Source: Candidatus Cloacimonadota bacterium | GTDB lineage: Bacteria; Cloacimonadota; Cloacimonadia; Cloacimonadales; WRIO01 | Assembly (NCBI GenBank): GCA_029564175.1 | Contig: JAKQQL010000204.1 | Span: 1-15,790 of the forward strand | DNA: 15,790 bases | Reading direction: 5' to 3' | Part shown: one piece after another, positions 1-9,356 of the stretch | How positions within the stretch are numbered: the stretch's first letter is position 1 | Layout of the letters: every line of letters begins with the position of its first letter | Translations under genes and position numbers: made by a program | The notes under the pieces: generated by a model | Databases searched by the model: none | Told to the model about the DNA's origin: nothing | What the model saw: only the letters and a program-made list of their open reading frames with translations

Positions 1-55
1 AAAACTCATAAAATTTCTCTTGCATGTAATGATCAAAATTTTTTAATTGTTCCAT
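1..55 (-). CDS. 5' end of a gene running off the left edge (MEQLKNFDHYMQEKFYEF...), product unknown
   Basis: Minus-strand ATG at 55-53, frame open to the edge. AGAGGT lies 4 nt upstream, and a TTGACA-N16-TAATGT promoter lies further upstream. Confidence 0.55.
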   Translation of the reverse strand, partial: MEQLKNFDHYMQEKFYEF

Positions 56-92
56 TATGACCTCTTGTAGATTTATTTTTGGTACTACAAAC

Positions 93-120
93 ACATTAAT
101 TTACAGAGGTCTTTTGTCAA
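93..120 (-). promoter_or_regulatory. sigma70-type promoter for the left-edge gene
   Basis: TTGACA (120-115), 16-nt spacer, TAATGT on the minus strand. Confidence 0.45.
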
Positions 121-691
121 GCTAAATATATGTATTTATTGCATTTATCTATTATAAATTCTTTGATTAAAAATACAAAGACAAACGGAATCTGTCATGA
201 TTTGCAAGATATATTATGGCCTTGTTATAACATTCTGACATAACTTATGTATACCTATACACGGGGCTAATAAAAAAAATATTGATAAAAAAACAAAACT
301 GAATGCAAATTATGCCAGTTTTTGAGAGTTTTGCAAATAATTTCTTATCTAGGCATTATTTTTATGCTTAAATGCATAATTTTTCAGTATTTAAAGAATT
401 TAAACATATAATTTCTCGGGGTATGCCTGAACAAATTCTTATAAAAAAAAGGTAAAATAGCCCCTTTGTATAGATGATGAAGTAGGTAATACTGATTAAC
501 AAGGAAATTAAGTTGAACAGTCTCTTTGTAATTAAAAATAGAATTATGCGATTTATATTCTATAATCTGAAGTTGAAGAGAGTGTTTTTGTATAGAAGAA
601 ATAGTAATATGATAAGCTATTTTCATTATTCACTTGACGAAAATGAGATAATCTTTTTTCATCCAATCAAGAGAACGTAAAAGGATGTATC

Positions 692-2422
692 ATGAAGAAA
701 TATAATCAGTTTTGTCTAATTTTCATACTGCTTATCTGTTTAATCAATCCGCTATTTTCGGATCAGGAATTTGTTGGAAAAGTCAATAAACATAAGATAA
801 AAACAACCGATTACATGCTGGTCGTAAAGAGTGAATATGAGAGTTTCTTTCTTGAGCATAATGCCTCTCCCAGTCCGCAAGAACAGAAGCTCATTGAACA
901 AAAAGCATGGAACAGAATGGTTGAAGGCTATGTATTGAAAGATATTTATGATAAGTATAAAATCAAAGTCAGTTCAAAGGAACTGTTAGATACTTTAAAA
1001 CACAATATACCGGAAATAGTAAAAAAATCACCTCAATTTAACACTACAGCCGGAGAATTTAACTTAGATGCTTACGAAAGCTCTCTTGTAAACAACAAGC
1101 CTGTCGATCTGAGCTGGCTAAAAAATTTTTATTATACCAGTTATATCCCGATGGCAAAGCTGAAACAGCAAATTATTAAAAACCGTAAAATCAGTGAAGC
1201 AGAAATTAAAAAGCATTACATCGCCCAACAAAACACAATTGATGCTCAGACAGTAATATTTAAAAATTCAGACTATATTCAAGAAATTGAGGTAAGCGCT
1301 CAGGAGATTCAAGATTACTATCGCAATCATATTAGTGATTTTGAAATTCAAGCCAGTTGCCATTTAAAATGGGTAAAATTCCCTATACGTGCTGATCAGT
1401 CTGATTCTCTATTCGCAAAAAACAAAGCGGATTCACTTTATCATGTAGTTAAAAAAAACAACAATATGTCTGTGATTGCTTCCAAATTTTCTGATGGGAT
1501 CTATAATTCTAAAAAAGGCTATGCAGGATATATGGAACTCAACCTTTTTCCAGATGACGTTCGTCAGACTCTTGCAAATGCAGAAATTAATGAAATCTTA
1601 CCGCCTTACTATATGAATGGTTCATACTATATCTTTCAGCTTACTGAAAAAACAGTTTCAATGGTTAAACTGATGGTTATTCAGATCGATATAAAACCGA
1701 CTGAACAAACTCATGCCCGTATCAAAAATGACATTAAGAAGTTCCGTGAAATGTGCAATAATATTGGCTTTGATTCAGCTGTCAGAGAGTTCAGATATCA
1801 AATGTTTGAGAAAGACAGTCTTAGTGTTAGTGATGTGTTTATCCCTGAGTTCGGTCCAAGTGAAAATGTCGTCAGATTAGCGCTTCGTACGCCAGCAGGG
1901 GTAGTCTTTGATCCAATAAAAAATGATAAATTAAAGACCTATGTTGTTTTTTATGTTCAAAGAAATACAGTTCGTTCATTTAAGAAAATACAGGATGTAT
2001 CTGAACAGATTATTAATGCAATCAGTGAGGAAAAGGCAAGAGATTTTACTTTTCAAAAGGCTCAAAACTGGTTGAAAGCAAATGCTGGTAAAATGATTTT
2101 TACTGCACAGTCTGAAGGTAAGGAAATCATCGAACTTAAAGATTTTACAATCAATTCAACGATTAAAGACAAGGTTTATCCTGATTTTAATTATGCTATC
2201 CTCAGTTATGATAAGAAACAACCGCTTGCTATAAAAGAGAAGGACTGTACGATTATTGCAATTGTTAATCAGTCAAAAGATGTTTCTATGCTTGATTTTG
2301 CCTTATATAAAGACCAAATTAAAAAGAGACTCCAGCAGATTAACCAGGATAAGTATTTTGATGAATTTCTGAAAACAGAAAAAGCCAAAGCGAAGATAAA
2401 GGATTATCGTCCAAAAAATTAA
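692..2422 (+). CDS. SurA/PpiD-like periplasmic chaperone with N-terminal SurA domain and degenerate parvulin-type PPIase domain
   Basis: Hydrophobic N-terminal signal, 'VGKVNKHKI', 'ISEAEIKKHY', 'EVSAQEIQDYYRNHISDF', rotamase-like 'IASKFSD...GYAGY', C-terminal 'KAKIKDYR'. AAGGA RBS. Confidence 0.8.
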   Translation: MKKYNQFCLIFILLICLINPLFSDQEFVGKVNKHKIKTTDYMLVVKSEYESFFLEHNASPSPQEQKLIEQKAWNRMVEGYVLKDIYDKYKIKVSSKELLDTLKHNIPEIVKKSPQFNTTAGEFNLDAYESSLVNNKPVDLSWLKNFYYTSYIPMAKLKQQIIKNRKISEAEIKKHYIAQQNTIDAQTVIFKNSDYIQEIEVSAQEIQDYYRNHISDFEIQASCHLKWVKFPIRADQSDSLFAKNKADSLYHVVKKNNNMSVIASKFSDGIYNSKKGYAGYMELNLFPDDVRQTLANAEINEILPPYYMNGSYYIFQLTEKTVSMVKLMVIQIDIKPTEQTHARIKNDIKKFREMCNNIGFDSAVREFRYQMFEKDSLSVSDVFIPEFGPSENVVRLALRTPAGVVFDPIKNDKLKTYVVFYVQRNTVRSFKKIQDVSEQIINAISEEKARDFTFQKAQNWLKANAGKMIFTAQSEGKEIIELKDFTINSTIKDKVYPDFNYAILSYDKKQPLAIKEKDCTIIAIVNQSKDVSMLDFALYKDQIKKRLQQINQDKYFDEFLKTEKAKAKIKDYRPKN

Positions 2423-2434
2423 GAATTCAGCTTT

Positions 2435-3559
2435 TTATTGCCCTGACTTGAATTTATTATACGTCTCCAGTACCTTATGAACGGCTGCAGTAGGGGGTAA
2501 TTTACCATTTAATATTTCACTGGTAATATGAGGTAAACAGTTTTTTACAGCAGTATGATTGAAGAACTCGTTGAGGATATGTTCTTCGAGCATGGAATGC
2601 AGCCATTCAATCATCTGCATCTGCCGTCTTTCTTCAAAATAGCCATTTGTTAGGGTAATAGATTCAAACTTTTTTATCACTTTCCATATTTCATTTATAC
2701 CCAGTTTTTCTCTTGCTGAGCAGGTAAAAGCATGAGTTTTCCAGCCTGCAGTAGATTCTGCCAGATAATGAAGTGCCATATTATATTCAGCAGCAGCCGC
2801 TTTGGCTTTGATGATATTATCACCATCGGCTTTGTTTACCAGGATTGCATCAGCAATTTCAATGACTCCCTTCTTGATCCCCTGAAGTTCATCTCCTGCA
2901 CCGGAAATCAGTATTAGGAGAAAGAAATCCACCATTGAGCGTACACTGACTTCATTTTGCCCAACGCCGACCGTCTCTACTAAAATAACATCAAATCCGG
3001 CGGCTTCGCACAATAGGATTGTTTCTCTGGTTTTACGGGTTACTCCGCCGAGAGTGCCTGATGACGGAGAAGGTCTGATAAAGGCTTCTTCTCTTCTGGA
3101 AAGCTCTTCCATGCGTGTCTTGTCTCCTAAAACACTCCCTTTGGAAATGGTACTACTGGGGTCTATGGCTAAGACAGCTACTTTAAAGCCTAGTTCAATC
3201 AAAAATAATCCGAATGATTCAATGAATGTACTCTTACCAGCTCCTGGAACTCCTGTGATACCTATTCGGATTGATTTCCCCGTATGAGGGAGGATTTTTT
3301 TAATGACTTCCTGGGCTTGTTCGATATGATGAACTGAATTGCTTTCAACTAAGGTAATTGCTCTGGCAAAGAGGGTGCGGTTATGCGTTAAGATACCCTC
3401 AACATATTCATCAACAGTTAATTGTCTGGCTTTACGTATGACAGTATGTTTTATGTTTACTGTATGTGCATCTGTTTTTTCAACCCCAGGCATCACTGTA
3501 CATGCAAATTCTTCTCCGGAATTTTCCGGTGTCCATTCAGGTTTCATCATATCTTTCAT
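2435..3559 (-). CDS. meaB: methylmalonyl-CoA mutase-associated GTPase MeaB (ArgK/MeaB family)
   Basis: GITGVPGAGKST P-loop, AIDPSS...GSVLGDKTRM, FIRPSPSSGTLGGV, ETVGVGQ, GAGDELQGIKKG, NKAD. Start moved from 3580 to the in-frame ATG at 3559, which has a GAGGG RBS. Confidence 0.95.
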   Translation of the reverse strand: MKDMMKPEWTPENSGEEFACTVMPGVEKTDAHTVNIKHTVIRKARQLTVDEYVEGILTHNRTLFARAITLVESNSVHHIEQAQEVIKKILPHTGKSIRIGITGVPGAGKSTFIESFGLFLIELGFKVAVLAIDPSSTISKGSVLGDKTRMEELSRREEAFIRPSPSSGTLGGVTRKTRETILLCEAAGFDVILVETVGVGQNEVSVRSMVDFFLLILISGAGDELQGIKKGVIEIADAILVNKADGDNIIKAKAAAAEYNMALHYLAESTAGWKTHAFTCSAREKLGINEIWKVIKKFESITLTNGYFEERRQMQMIEWLHSMLEEHILNEFFNHTAVKNCLPHITSEILNGKLPPTAAVHKVLETYNKFKSGQ

Positions 3560-3676
3560 AAGTACCCTCTGTTTTATCATTCTTTGCCATTTTTATCGTA
3601 TGATCATATTCTGTCAATTTGAAAGTATTGATCTGTATTGTTTTACTGATTGAGAATAAAATTTTGGCAATTTTTC

Positions 3677-3704
3677 TTGACTGAAAAACTAAAGTAAATA
3701 CGAT
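3677..3704 (+). promoter_or_regulatory. sigma70-type promoter of the ABC transporter operon
   Basis: TTGACT (3677-3682), 16-nt spacer, TACGAT (3699-3704). Confidence 0.55.
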
Positions 3705-3725
3705 TGATTTATCAGTTAAGAAATA

Positions 3726-3805
3726 GGTTAAAAATAACCACCCTGGCTGAAACAGCTTTACCGCTAAGCAAGCGGTTGAACTGTCTCAGAGAGGGTGGTT
3801 TTTCT
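3726..3805 (+). promoter_or_regulatory. structured 5' leader, candidate attenuator or riboswitch-like RNA
   Basis: 30-bp imperfect inverted repeat at 3736-3765 / 3771-3800 (24 Watson-Crick pairs plus 1 G-U, 5-nt loop) followed by a T run. It lies between the promoter and the AAGGAG RBS. Confidence 0.55.
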
Positions 3806-3822
3806 ATTTAAAGGAGAGAAAA

Positions 3823-4743
3823 ATGAAAAGATTATTTTTTACAAGCGTTTTAATACTGCTGATATTATGCTTTACAGCTTGCTCAAAACCAGTTGAGAAG
3901 CTCAGAATAGGCATTATTAAGCCATCTATTGATCATCTGCCATTGAGTTATGCGCTTTCACAAAATAAAATTGATCCGTCAAAAAATGAGATCATTACTT
4001 TTAGTTCAGGTTGGGAAACACAGGAAGCTTTAGTCAATAATCAGATTGATGTAGCAATTATTCCCTTTACTTATATCTGGACAGCCAGATCAAAAGGTTT
4101 TCCTGTTAAAACACTGTCTTTTTTTGAAAGAGAGACAGATGGAATCGTAGTCTCAAAATCCATTAAGACTGTTTCTGACCTAAATCAGAAAAAAGTGGGT
4201 GTACTGAGAGCTTCGACTATTGATGCTTTTTTAACCAATTATGTAAGAAAGAATCAAATTAGTATAGAACCTGTTTATTTTAGGACGCCTAATGAAATGA
4301 TTGCTGCTTTGAAAGCCCGAGAAGTAAGTGCTATTGTTACTTATGTACCTGTAATTCAAAAGCTGACAGATGAATTTAATGTTTTACACTGGTTTTCAGA
4401 AGACCACCCAGAACATCCTTGCTGTAATATTGCAGCAAGAGAATATGCAATTCAAACGAAATATCCTCAATTACAGGCGTTTATGAATGTAATCAATGAA
4501 GCTGTACATAACCTTTCCCAAGATGATTCTCAATTGATTGAATTTATGAAAAAAACTTATCTATTAACAGATACTCAAGCAATTGATGCACTTAATCATA
4601 GCGTTTTTCGAATGAATCTGGCTGAAAAGGATAAACAGTTTGAATTGAAAACGATGCAGTTGTTCAAGGATTTGAAATATATAGATCAGTTACCATCTTC
4701 TGATTCTGTTTATGAGGATAGATTTATTCGTGAACTTCCATGA
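3823..4743 (+). CDS. ABC transporter substrate-binding lipoprotein, NitT/TauT (SsuA/NMT1-like) family
   Basis: Lipobox FTAC, 'LRIGI', 'FSSGWETQEALVNNQIDVA', 'IKTVSDLNQKKVGV', 'HPCC'. AAGGAG RBS. Confidence 0.88.
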   Translation: MKRLFFTSVLILLILCFTACSKPVEKLRIGIIKPSIDHLPLSYALSQNKIDPSKNEIITFSSGWETQEALVNNQIDVAIIPFTYIWTARSKGFPVKTLSFFERETDGIVVSKSIKTVSDLNQKKVGVLRASTIDAFLTNYVRKNQISIEPVYFRTPNEMIAALKAREVSAIVTYVPVIQKLTDEFNVLHWFSEDHPEHPCCNIAAREYAIQTKYPQLQAFMNVINEAVHNLSQDDSQLIEFMKKTYLLTDTQAIDALNHSVFRMNLAEKDKQFELKTMQLFKDLKYIDQLPSSDSVYEDRFIRELP

Positions 4744-5329
4744 TTTGATTGCTGATATTCAGATAACCCTGATCAGAGTTTTACTATGGTCATTTGTTTC
4801 ATGGGTTGGAGGCATCAGTGTTGGACTTTTTCTTAAACGATTTAACACTGCTTATAAAATTGCCTTGTATCCGGTGAATTTTGTAAAACAGATTTCTCCT
4901 TTTGCCTGGATGCCGCTTGCAATTATCATTTGTGGATTAGGCGAGTCATCGATTGCATTTGTTCTTATTATTTCAATGCTTTTACCTTCAATTCTGATGA
5001 CTGTTGATTTATTAAAAAGTCTGTCCAAAGAAGTGATTGAAGAAGCAAAGCTGGCAGGTGCGCATGGCTGGGATCTGATTTGGCATATAGAACTGCCACT
5101 TGCCGCAACTGCTTTGATCAATCAATATCGGTTTTTATGGTCAATAGGCTGGAATACTGTTATCGCAGCTGAAATGCTGGGCGTTTCGAAAGGGCTTGGA
5201 TTTAGACTTTTGGATTACCGTTATCTGTTGGCTTACAAAGAAATGTTGGTCTATATCTTCGTTATTGGGTTCATTGGTATCATAAGTGATGCGATGTTTA
5301 GAAAGATTGCTTCAATTTTCGAGGGGTGA
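4712..5329 (+). CDS. ABC transporter permease, NitT/TauT (SsuC-like) family. Real start may be GTG at 4730
   Basis: Several TM segments, 'ISPFAWMPLAII', EAA-like loop 'IEEAKLAGA', 'GWNTVIAAEMLGVSKGLG'. Overlaps the end of the binding-protein gene. Confidence 0.88.
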   Translation: MRIDLFVNFHDLIADIQITLIRVLLWSFVSWVGGISVGLFLKRFNTAYKIALYPVNFVKQISPFAWMPLAIIICGLGESSIAFVLIISMLLPSILMTVDLLKSLSKEVIEEAKLAGAHGWDLIWHIELPLAATALINQYRFLWSIGWNTVIAAEMLGVSKGLGFRLLDYRYLLAYKEMLVYIFVIGFIGIISDAMFRKIASIFEG

Positions 5330-5342
5330 AAACATACAAGTC

Positions 5343-5388
5343 AATGGAGCATAGGGGGGAGACCTATGGGTCTCCTGCTCCATTTTTT
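5343..5388 (+). terminator. Rho-independent terminator of the ABC operon
   Basis: AATGGAGCA...GGAGACC-TATG-GGTCTCC-TGCTCCATT nested stem followed by a T tract. Confidence 0.7.
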
Positions 5389-5681
5389 GTGTCAATTATT
5401 TTGACTGATTTAGTTTTATTTGTTTAATTTTTGGTCAAACTGTCCTTTTCATACCAGTTTGTTCTTGTAGTCTTTGATATAAATATGATAATAATCAGAA
5501 GATTCTCATATCTATCCTGTAGAAAACATACTTTTTATTGTCTTATTTCGTGTCTTTATCTTCCGTGTTTGTTTTAAAAAAAAGATAATATATCGTAGCA
5601 TGAACTGATGCTTGCAGTTAGTATGAAAGAGTTTATGTTACTATTTTCAATAAGATAGTATTGAATTTAAGAAAAAGAGAT

Positions 5682-5713
5682 AAAAAAAATCCCTCCTGTT
5701 TGCCAGAAGGGAT
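5682..5713 (-). terminator. Rho-independent terminator of trxA
   Basis: Minus strand ATCCCTTCTG-GCAAA-CAGGAGGGAT followed by a long T run. Confidence 0.75.
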
Positions 5714-5730
5714 AGCTGTACATTAAAAAA

Positions 5731-6036
5731 TTATAATGAGCTTAACTTGTCTAAAATTGCTTTTTTAGATACTACACCAACAGATTGATGAATAGGCTGG
5801 CCATCTTTAAAGTAGATTAGGGTTGGAATACTCAAGATATTGTACTGTTGAGCGATACCAGGGGATTCGTCAATGTTTACTTTTGCAACTTTGATATCTG
5901 TTTTTTCGTGGGCAATTTCTTCAATAATAGGGGTCATCATTCTGCATGGTCCGCACCATGGTGCCCAAAAATCCACCAGGGTTACTCCTGATGCAATTGT
6001 TTCCTTGAAGTTGTTGTCGTTTAATTCTAATGCCAT
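5731..6036 (-). CDS. trxA: thioredoxin
   Basis: VDFWAPWCGPCRM active site and SIPTL cis-Pro motif. GGAGGA RBS favours the ATG at 6036 over 6048. Confidence 0.96.
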   Translation of the reverse strand: MALELNDNNFKETIASGVTLVDFWAPWCGPCRMMTPIIEEIAHEKTDIKVAKVNIDESPGIAQQYNILSIPTLIYFKDGQPIHQSVGVVSKKAILDKLSSL

Positions 6037-6129
6037 TTTATCCTCCATATTATGAATATTTTTTTCTTTAATGAAAATCTAATCAAATTTGCTGAATACA
6101 CAAATTATTTTTATCATTTTCAAAAAATA

Positions 6130-6260
6130 ACAATGTAAGATCAACTATCCCTAGTTGATCTAAGGATTTGACTATTTGAGTCTGATGAATTCAGGTTGTT
6201 AAAAGCATAACTGAGGACAGTTATGCTTACAATGTAAGATCAACAGTCCTCAGTTGATAT
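6130..6260. repeat. cluster of three related REP-like palindromes. The middle one may double as the galE terminator
   Basis: Stems 6138-6161 (perfect 10 bp), 6203-6228 (perfect 11 bp) and 6239-6258. Direct repeat ACAATGTAAGATCAAC at 6130-6145 and 6229-6244. Confidence 0.8.
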
Positions 6261-6293
6261 TGATTACCGAGATAAAATGTCTTAATTTAAGTT

Positions 6294-7304
6294 TTATTCA
6301 TAGCCATTAGGGTTGTTTTTTTGCCAGTTCCAGGAATCAAAGCACATATCTTCAATTCCTTTTTCAGCTTTCCAGTTAAGCATTTTGAATGATTTTTCAG
6401 GATTCGCATAGCAGGTTGCAACATCACCGGGTCTTCTGTCAGTAATCTGGTAAGGAATCTTTACCTGATTGACTTTTTCAAAAGCATTTACGATATCTAA
6501 AACACTATAACCTTTACCTGTACCCAGATTATACGAATCAATGCCAGTTTGTTTCATTATTTTCTCAAGCGCTTTCAGATGACCATTTGCCAGATCAACT
6601 ACGTGGATATAATCTCTGATTCCAGTACCGTCATGAGTTGGATAGTCATTGCCGAAAACATTGAGATGATCTCTTTTTCCTACTGCAACCTGAGTAATAA
6701 ATGGCATCAGGTTGTTGGGGATGCCATTAGGGTCTTCTCCGATTCTGCCACTTTTATGGGCTCCAATCGGATTGAAGTATCTGAGTAGTGCAATACTCCA
6801 TTCATTATCAGATATAAAGAGGTCATTCAGTATCTCTTCTATCATGAGTTTTGTTCTGCCATAAGGATTGGTAGCGGAGCGGGGAAAGTCTTCAGAAATC
6901 GGAACGGTTTCGGGGATGCCATAAACTGTGGCAGATGAACTGAATACAATTTTCTTTACACTGTATTTTTTCATTACTTCGCATAAGACCAATGTCCCTG
7001 AAATATTATTAAAATAGTATGATAATGGGATTTGAACGGATTCTCCGACAGCTTTTAATCCTGCAAAATGAATGACTGCCTCAATTTGATTTTCACCAAA
7101 TATAAAGTCTAATGCTGTTTTATCGAGTATATTGGTTTCATAAAATTTAACATTTTTGCCGCTTAATTCTTCTATCCGTTTCACAGATTCATATTTGCTG
7201 TTTGATAGATTGTCAACGATTATAATATCATATCCTGCATTAAGCAGTTCTATACAGGTATGACTGCCAATGTAGCCTGCACCGCCTGTTACCAGTATGG
7301 ACAT
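6294..7304 (-). CDS. galE: UDP-glucose 4-epimerase
   Basis: [39 protein letters not shown] catalytic Yxxx[19 protein letters not shown]. Confidence 0.97.
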   Translation of the reverse strand: MSILVTGGAGYIGSHTCIELLNAGYDIIIVDNLSNSKYESVKRIEELSGKNVKFYETNILDKTALDFIFGENQIEAVIHFAGLKAVGESVQIPLSYYFNNISGTLVLCEVMKKYSVKKIVFSSSATVYGIPETVPISEDFPRSATNPYGRTKLMIEEILNDLFISDNEWSIALLRYFNPIGAHKSGRIGEDPNGIPNNLMPFITQVAVGKRDHLNVFGNDYPTHDGTGIRDYIHVVDLANGHLKALEKIMKQTGIDSYNLGTGKGYSVLDIVNAFEKVNQVKIPYQITDRRPGDVATCYANPEKSFKMLNWKAEKGIEDMCFDSWNWQKNNPNGYE

Positions 7305-7318
7305 AAAAACCTCTCTTT

Positions 7319-8317
7319 TTATAGACTGTTATTTATCTGGTCAATTTCCTGATTTATTTTTTCAAATAAATCCGTATAGACTTTTAGTTTTTCATAATTG
7401 TAATCTGATTTAGAATACTCTATCAGCTTATCACAGACAGTTAATAATTTGTCTGTGAATCCTTTGTCTGATGCGATATCAAATGCTTTTTGAATATAAT
7501 GATCTCTGTTGTTTAGATCTGATTGATTCGCATAGATTTCAGAAAAAATGACATAACTATGGCAAATTTCATAATAAGAGTTTAGCTTATTACCTTTGTC
7601 AATAGCCTGATTTAAATTTTCGACTGCTTTGTCATAATCCTGTTTTTTAAAATAAATTTCTGCTATATTGTTTAATGAATCTATTGTCTCTCTGAACAAT
7701 TCTCCTGCAACAAAGATTTGGATGGATTGTTCAAGGTATTTAATGGCTCTGTCGTACTCTTCAACATGGTTTAAAAAAACACCAATGTTGTTTAACGTAA
7801 GACCTTTGCAATAATAATCATCGACTGTCATACTTAAGGCATAAGCTTGTTCATAGTATTGCGCTGCTAATTCTTCTTCTCCTTGTCGTAAATAACTTTG
7901 GGCAACATTGTTTAGAGAAATGACAGCACTCTTATGCATATGTAAGTTTAACCGATAGTCAACACCTTCTAAAGATTTTAAGAAATAAACTTGAGATTCT
8001 TTTTCTTTTTTCCATCTGGAAAACAGAATTCCCATATTATTGTATGCCATTCCGATAAAGCCGGCATCTTCAGCAGGATTGAGTATATCTAATGCCTGAT
8101 TATACAATTCAAGCGCTTTTCTATACATATTCTTATGATAGTAGGCAATTCCCATATGTAAATATGCCGCTCCAATCCCTTTTCTAAAGCTAAACTGTTT
8201 CGAAATATCCAGGGCATACTGACACAAATCTAAGCTGATATCAGGGCTGAGACCTACTACTGCATAGGCATCATTGATATATTCTATGACTTTGTTTAGA
8301 TTTTCCTGATCAATCAC
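7319..8317 (-). CDS. tetratricopeptide-repeat protein, probably co-transcribed with galE
   Basis: Tandem TPR units ([52 protein letters not shown]). GTG start with AGGAGA RBS, 14-bp gap to galE. Confidence 0.85.
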   Translation of the reverse strand: MIDQENLNKVIEYINDAYAVVGLSPDISLDLCQYALDISKQFSFRKGIGAAYLHMGIAYYHKNMYRKALELYNQALDILNPAEDAGFIGMAYNNMGILFSRWKKEKESQVYFLKSLEGVDYRLNLHMHKSAVISLNNVAQSYLRQGEEELAAQYYEQAYALSMTVDDYYCKGLTLNNIGVFLNHVEEYDRAIKYLEQSIQIFVAGELFRETIDSLNNIAEIYFKKQDYDKAVENLNQAIDKGNKLNSYYEICHSYVIFSEIYANQSDLNNRDHYIQKAFDIASDKGFTDKLLTVCDKLIEYSKSDYNYEKLKVYTDLFEKINQEIDQINNSL

Positions 8318-8415
8318 AGATTCTCCTATTCATCTTTCAAAAAACAGGATAAAGAATTGAAAGATTTCGTCAATCATTTTTTTAGTAGAAATCATGAATA
8401 AAATACTTTTAAAGA

Positions 8416-8485
8416 AAATTGTAAAAAAAGAGTTGACAACAAATTTAAAAAAGAATTTGTAGTAAAAAATAGACAACAATTTAAA
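8416..8485 (+). promoter_or_regulatory. promoter/operator region of the TrmB gene with duplicated TTGTA...GACAACAA(A)TTTAAA units
   Basis: TTGACA at 8433-8438. GACAACAAATTTAAA (8435-8449) and GACAACAATTTAAA (8472-8485), each preceded by TTGTA. The -10 element is not clear. Confidence 0.45.
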
Positions 8486-8498
8486 TAAAGGATATGTA

Positions 8499-9356
8499 AT
8501 GGACTTAATTAGAAAACTTGCTGATCTGGGCTTTACCGAAACAGAAGCTTCGATTTATATCCACCTGCTTAAAAACAATAGCTGTACTGCTACCGAGATT
8601 GCAAAGAGTGTGGGAATTTCCAGAACTCAGAGCTATCAAATCATAGAAAACCTGATTCATAACAATATGTGTATTGAGCAACTGGGGAGTGTGAAAAAGT
8701 ATTCTGCTGTTGACCCTGCAAAAGTATCTATGTTAATCGAGAAAGATCTGGAAGACAAAAAGCAGATACTGAGTTCTTTGAAACCTGTTTTGATGAACCT
8801 GTATCACGAAGATAAACAAAATGAGAATCCCTTTGATTTTATAAAGGTATTATATACCAAATCCAGTATTGTTCAAACGATTGAGGATCTGGAGAAGAAT
8901 GCTTCTGAATGTGTATTGGCATTCAACAAACCACCTTATGTGATGAACCTGAATATTATGAATGAGAATGAGATTTCCATGGAAGTACGCTCTTCTGAGA
9001 GGGATAGTATCAACAAGGGCGTGAGTTTTAAATCGCTTTATGAAATAGAAGATAATGATTTATTTATTAAGAAGATTGAATACTTTGAAAGGATGGGGGA
9101 GACGGTCAGGGTATTACCCAAACTGCCATTCAAGATGTTTATTTTCGATTCAAAAATTATCACCATCGCTTTGCAGAATAAAATGAGCTCAGGCGTTAAG
9201 TTTGTGACTTTGCTGATAGAGCACAGTGATTTTGCTGAGTCTTTGGAAGAAATATTCGATATATACTGGGAGTCAGCCATGACTCTTGACGCTTTTAAAA
9301 ATAGAGGACAGAAGGATGTAAAACAAGCTACCAGCTTGTTAAATAATCTTTCATGA
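8499..9356 (+). CDS. TrmB-family transcriptional regulator
   Basis: N-terminal wHTH 'LADLGFTETEASIYIHLL...TATEIAKSVGISRTQSYQIIENL...KYSAVDP'. C-terminal effector domain 'VRVLPKLPFKMFIFD...FDIYWESA'. Confidence 0.9.
   Translation: MDLIRKLADLGFTETEASIYIHLLKNNSCTATEIAKSVGISRTQSYQIIENLIHNNMCIEQLGSVKKYSAVDPAKVSMLIEKDLEDKKQILSSLKPVLMNLYHEDKQNENPFDFIKVLYTKSSIVQTIEDLEKNASECVLAFNKPPYVMNLNIMNENEISMEVRSSERDSINKGVSFKSLYEIEDNDLFIKKIEYFERMGETVRVLPKLPFKMFIFDSKIITIALQNKMSSGVKFVTLLIEHSDFAESLEEIFDIYWESAMTLDAFKNRGQKDVKQATSLLNNLS

Noticed and set aside
384..626. 80-aa minus-strand ORF
   Set aside because: No clear RBS or recognisable motif. It lies in AT-rich intergenic DNA next to the promoter region of the 692 gene.
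3736..3800. TPP riboswitch, T-box or PyrR site
   Set aside because: Only short partial matches (GGCTGAAA, GGGTGGT, CAGAGAGG), and the remaining conserved elements are absent.
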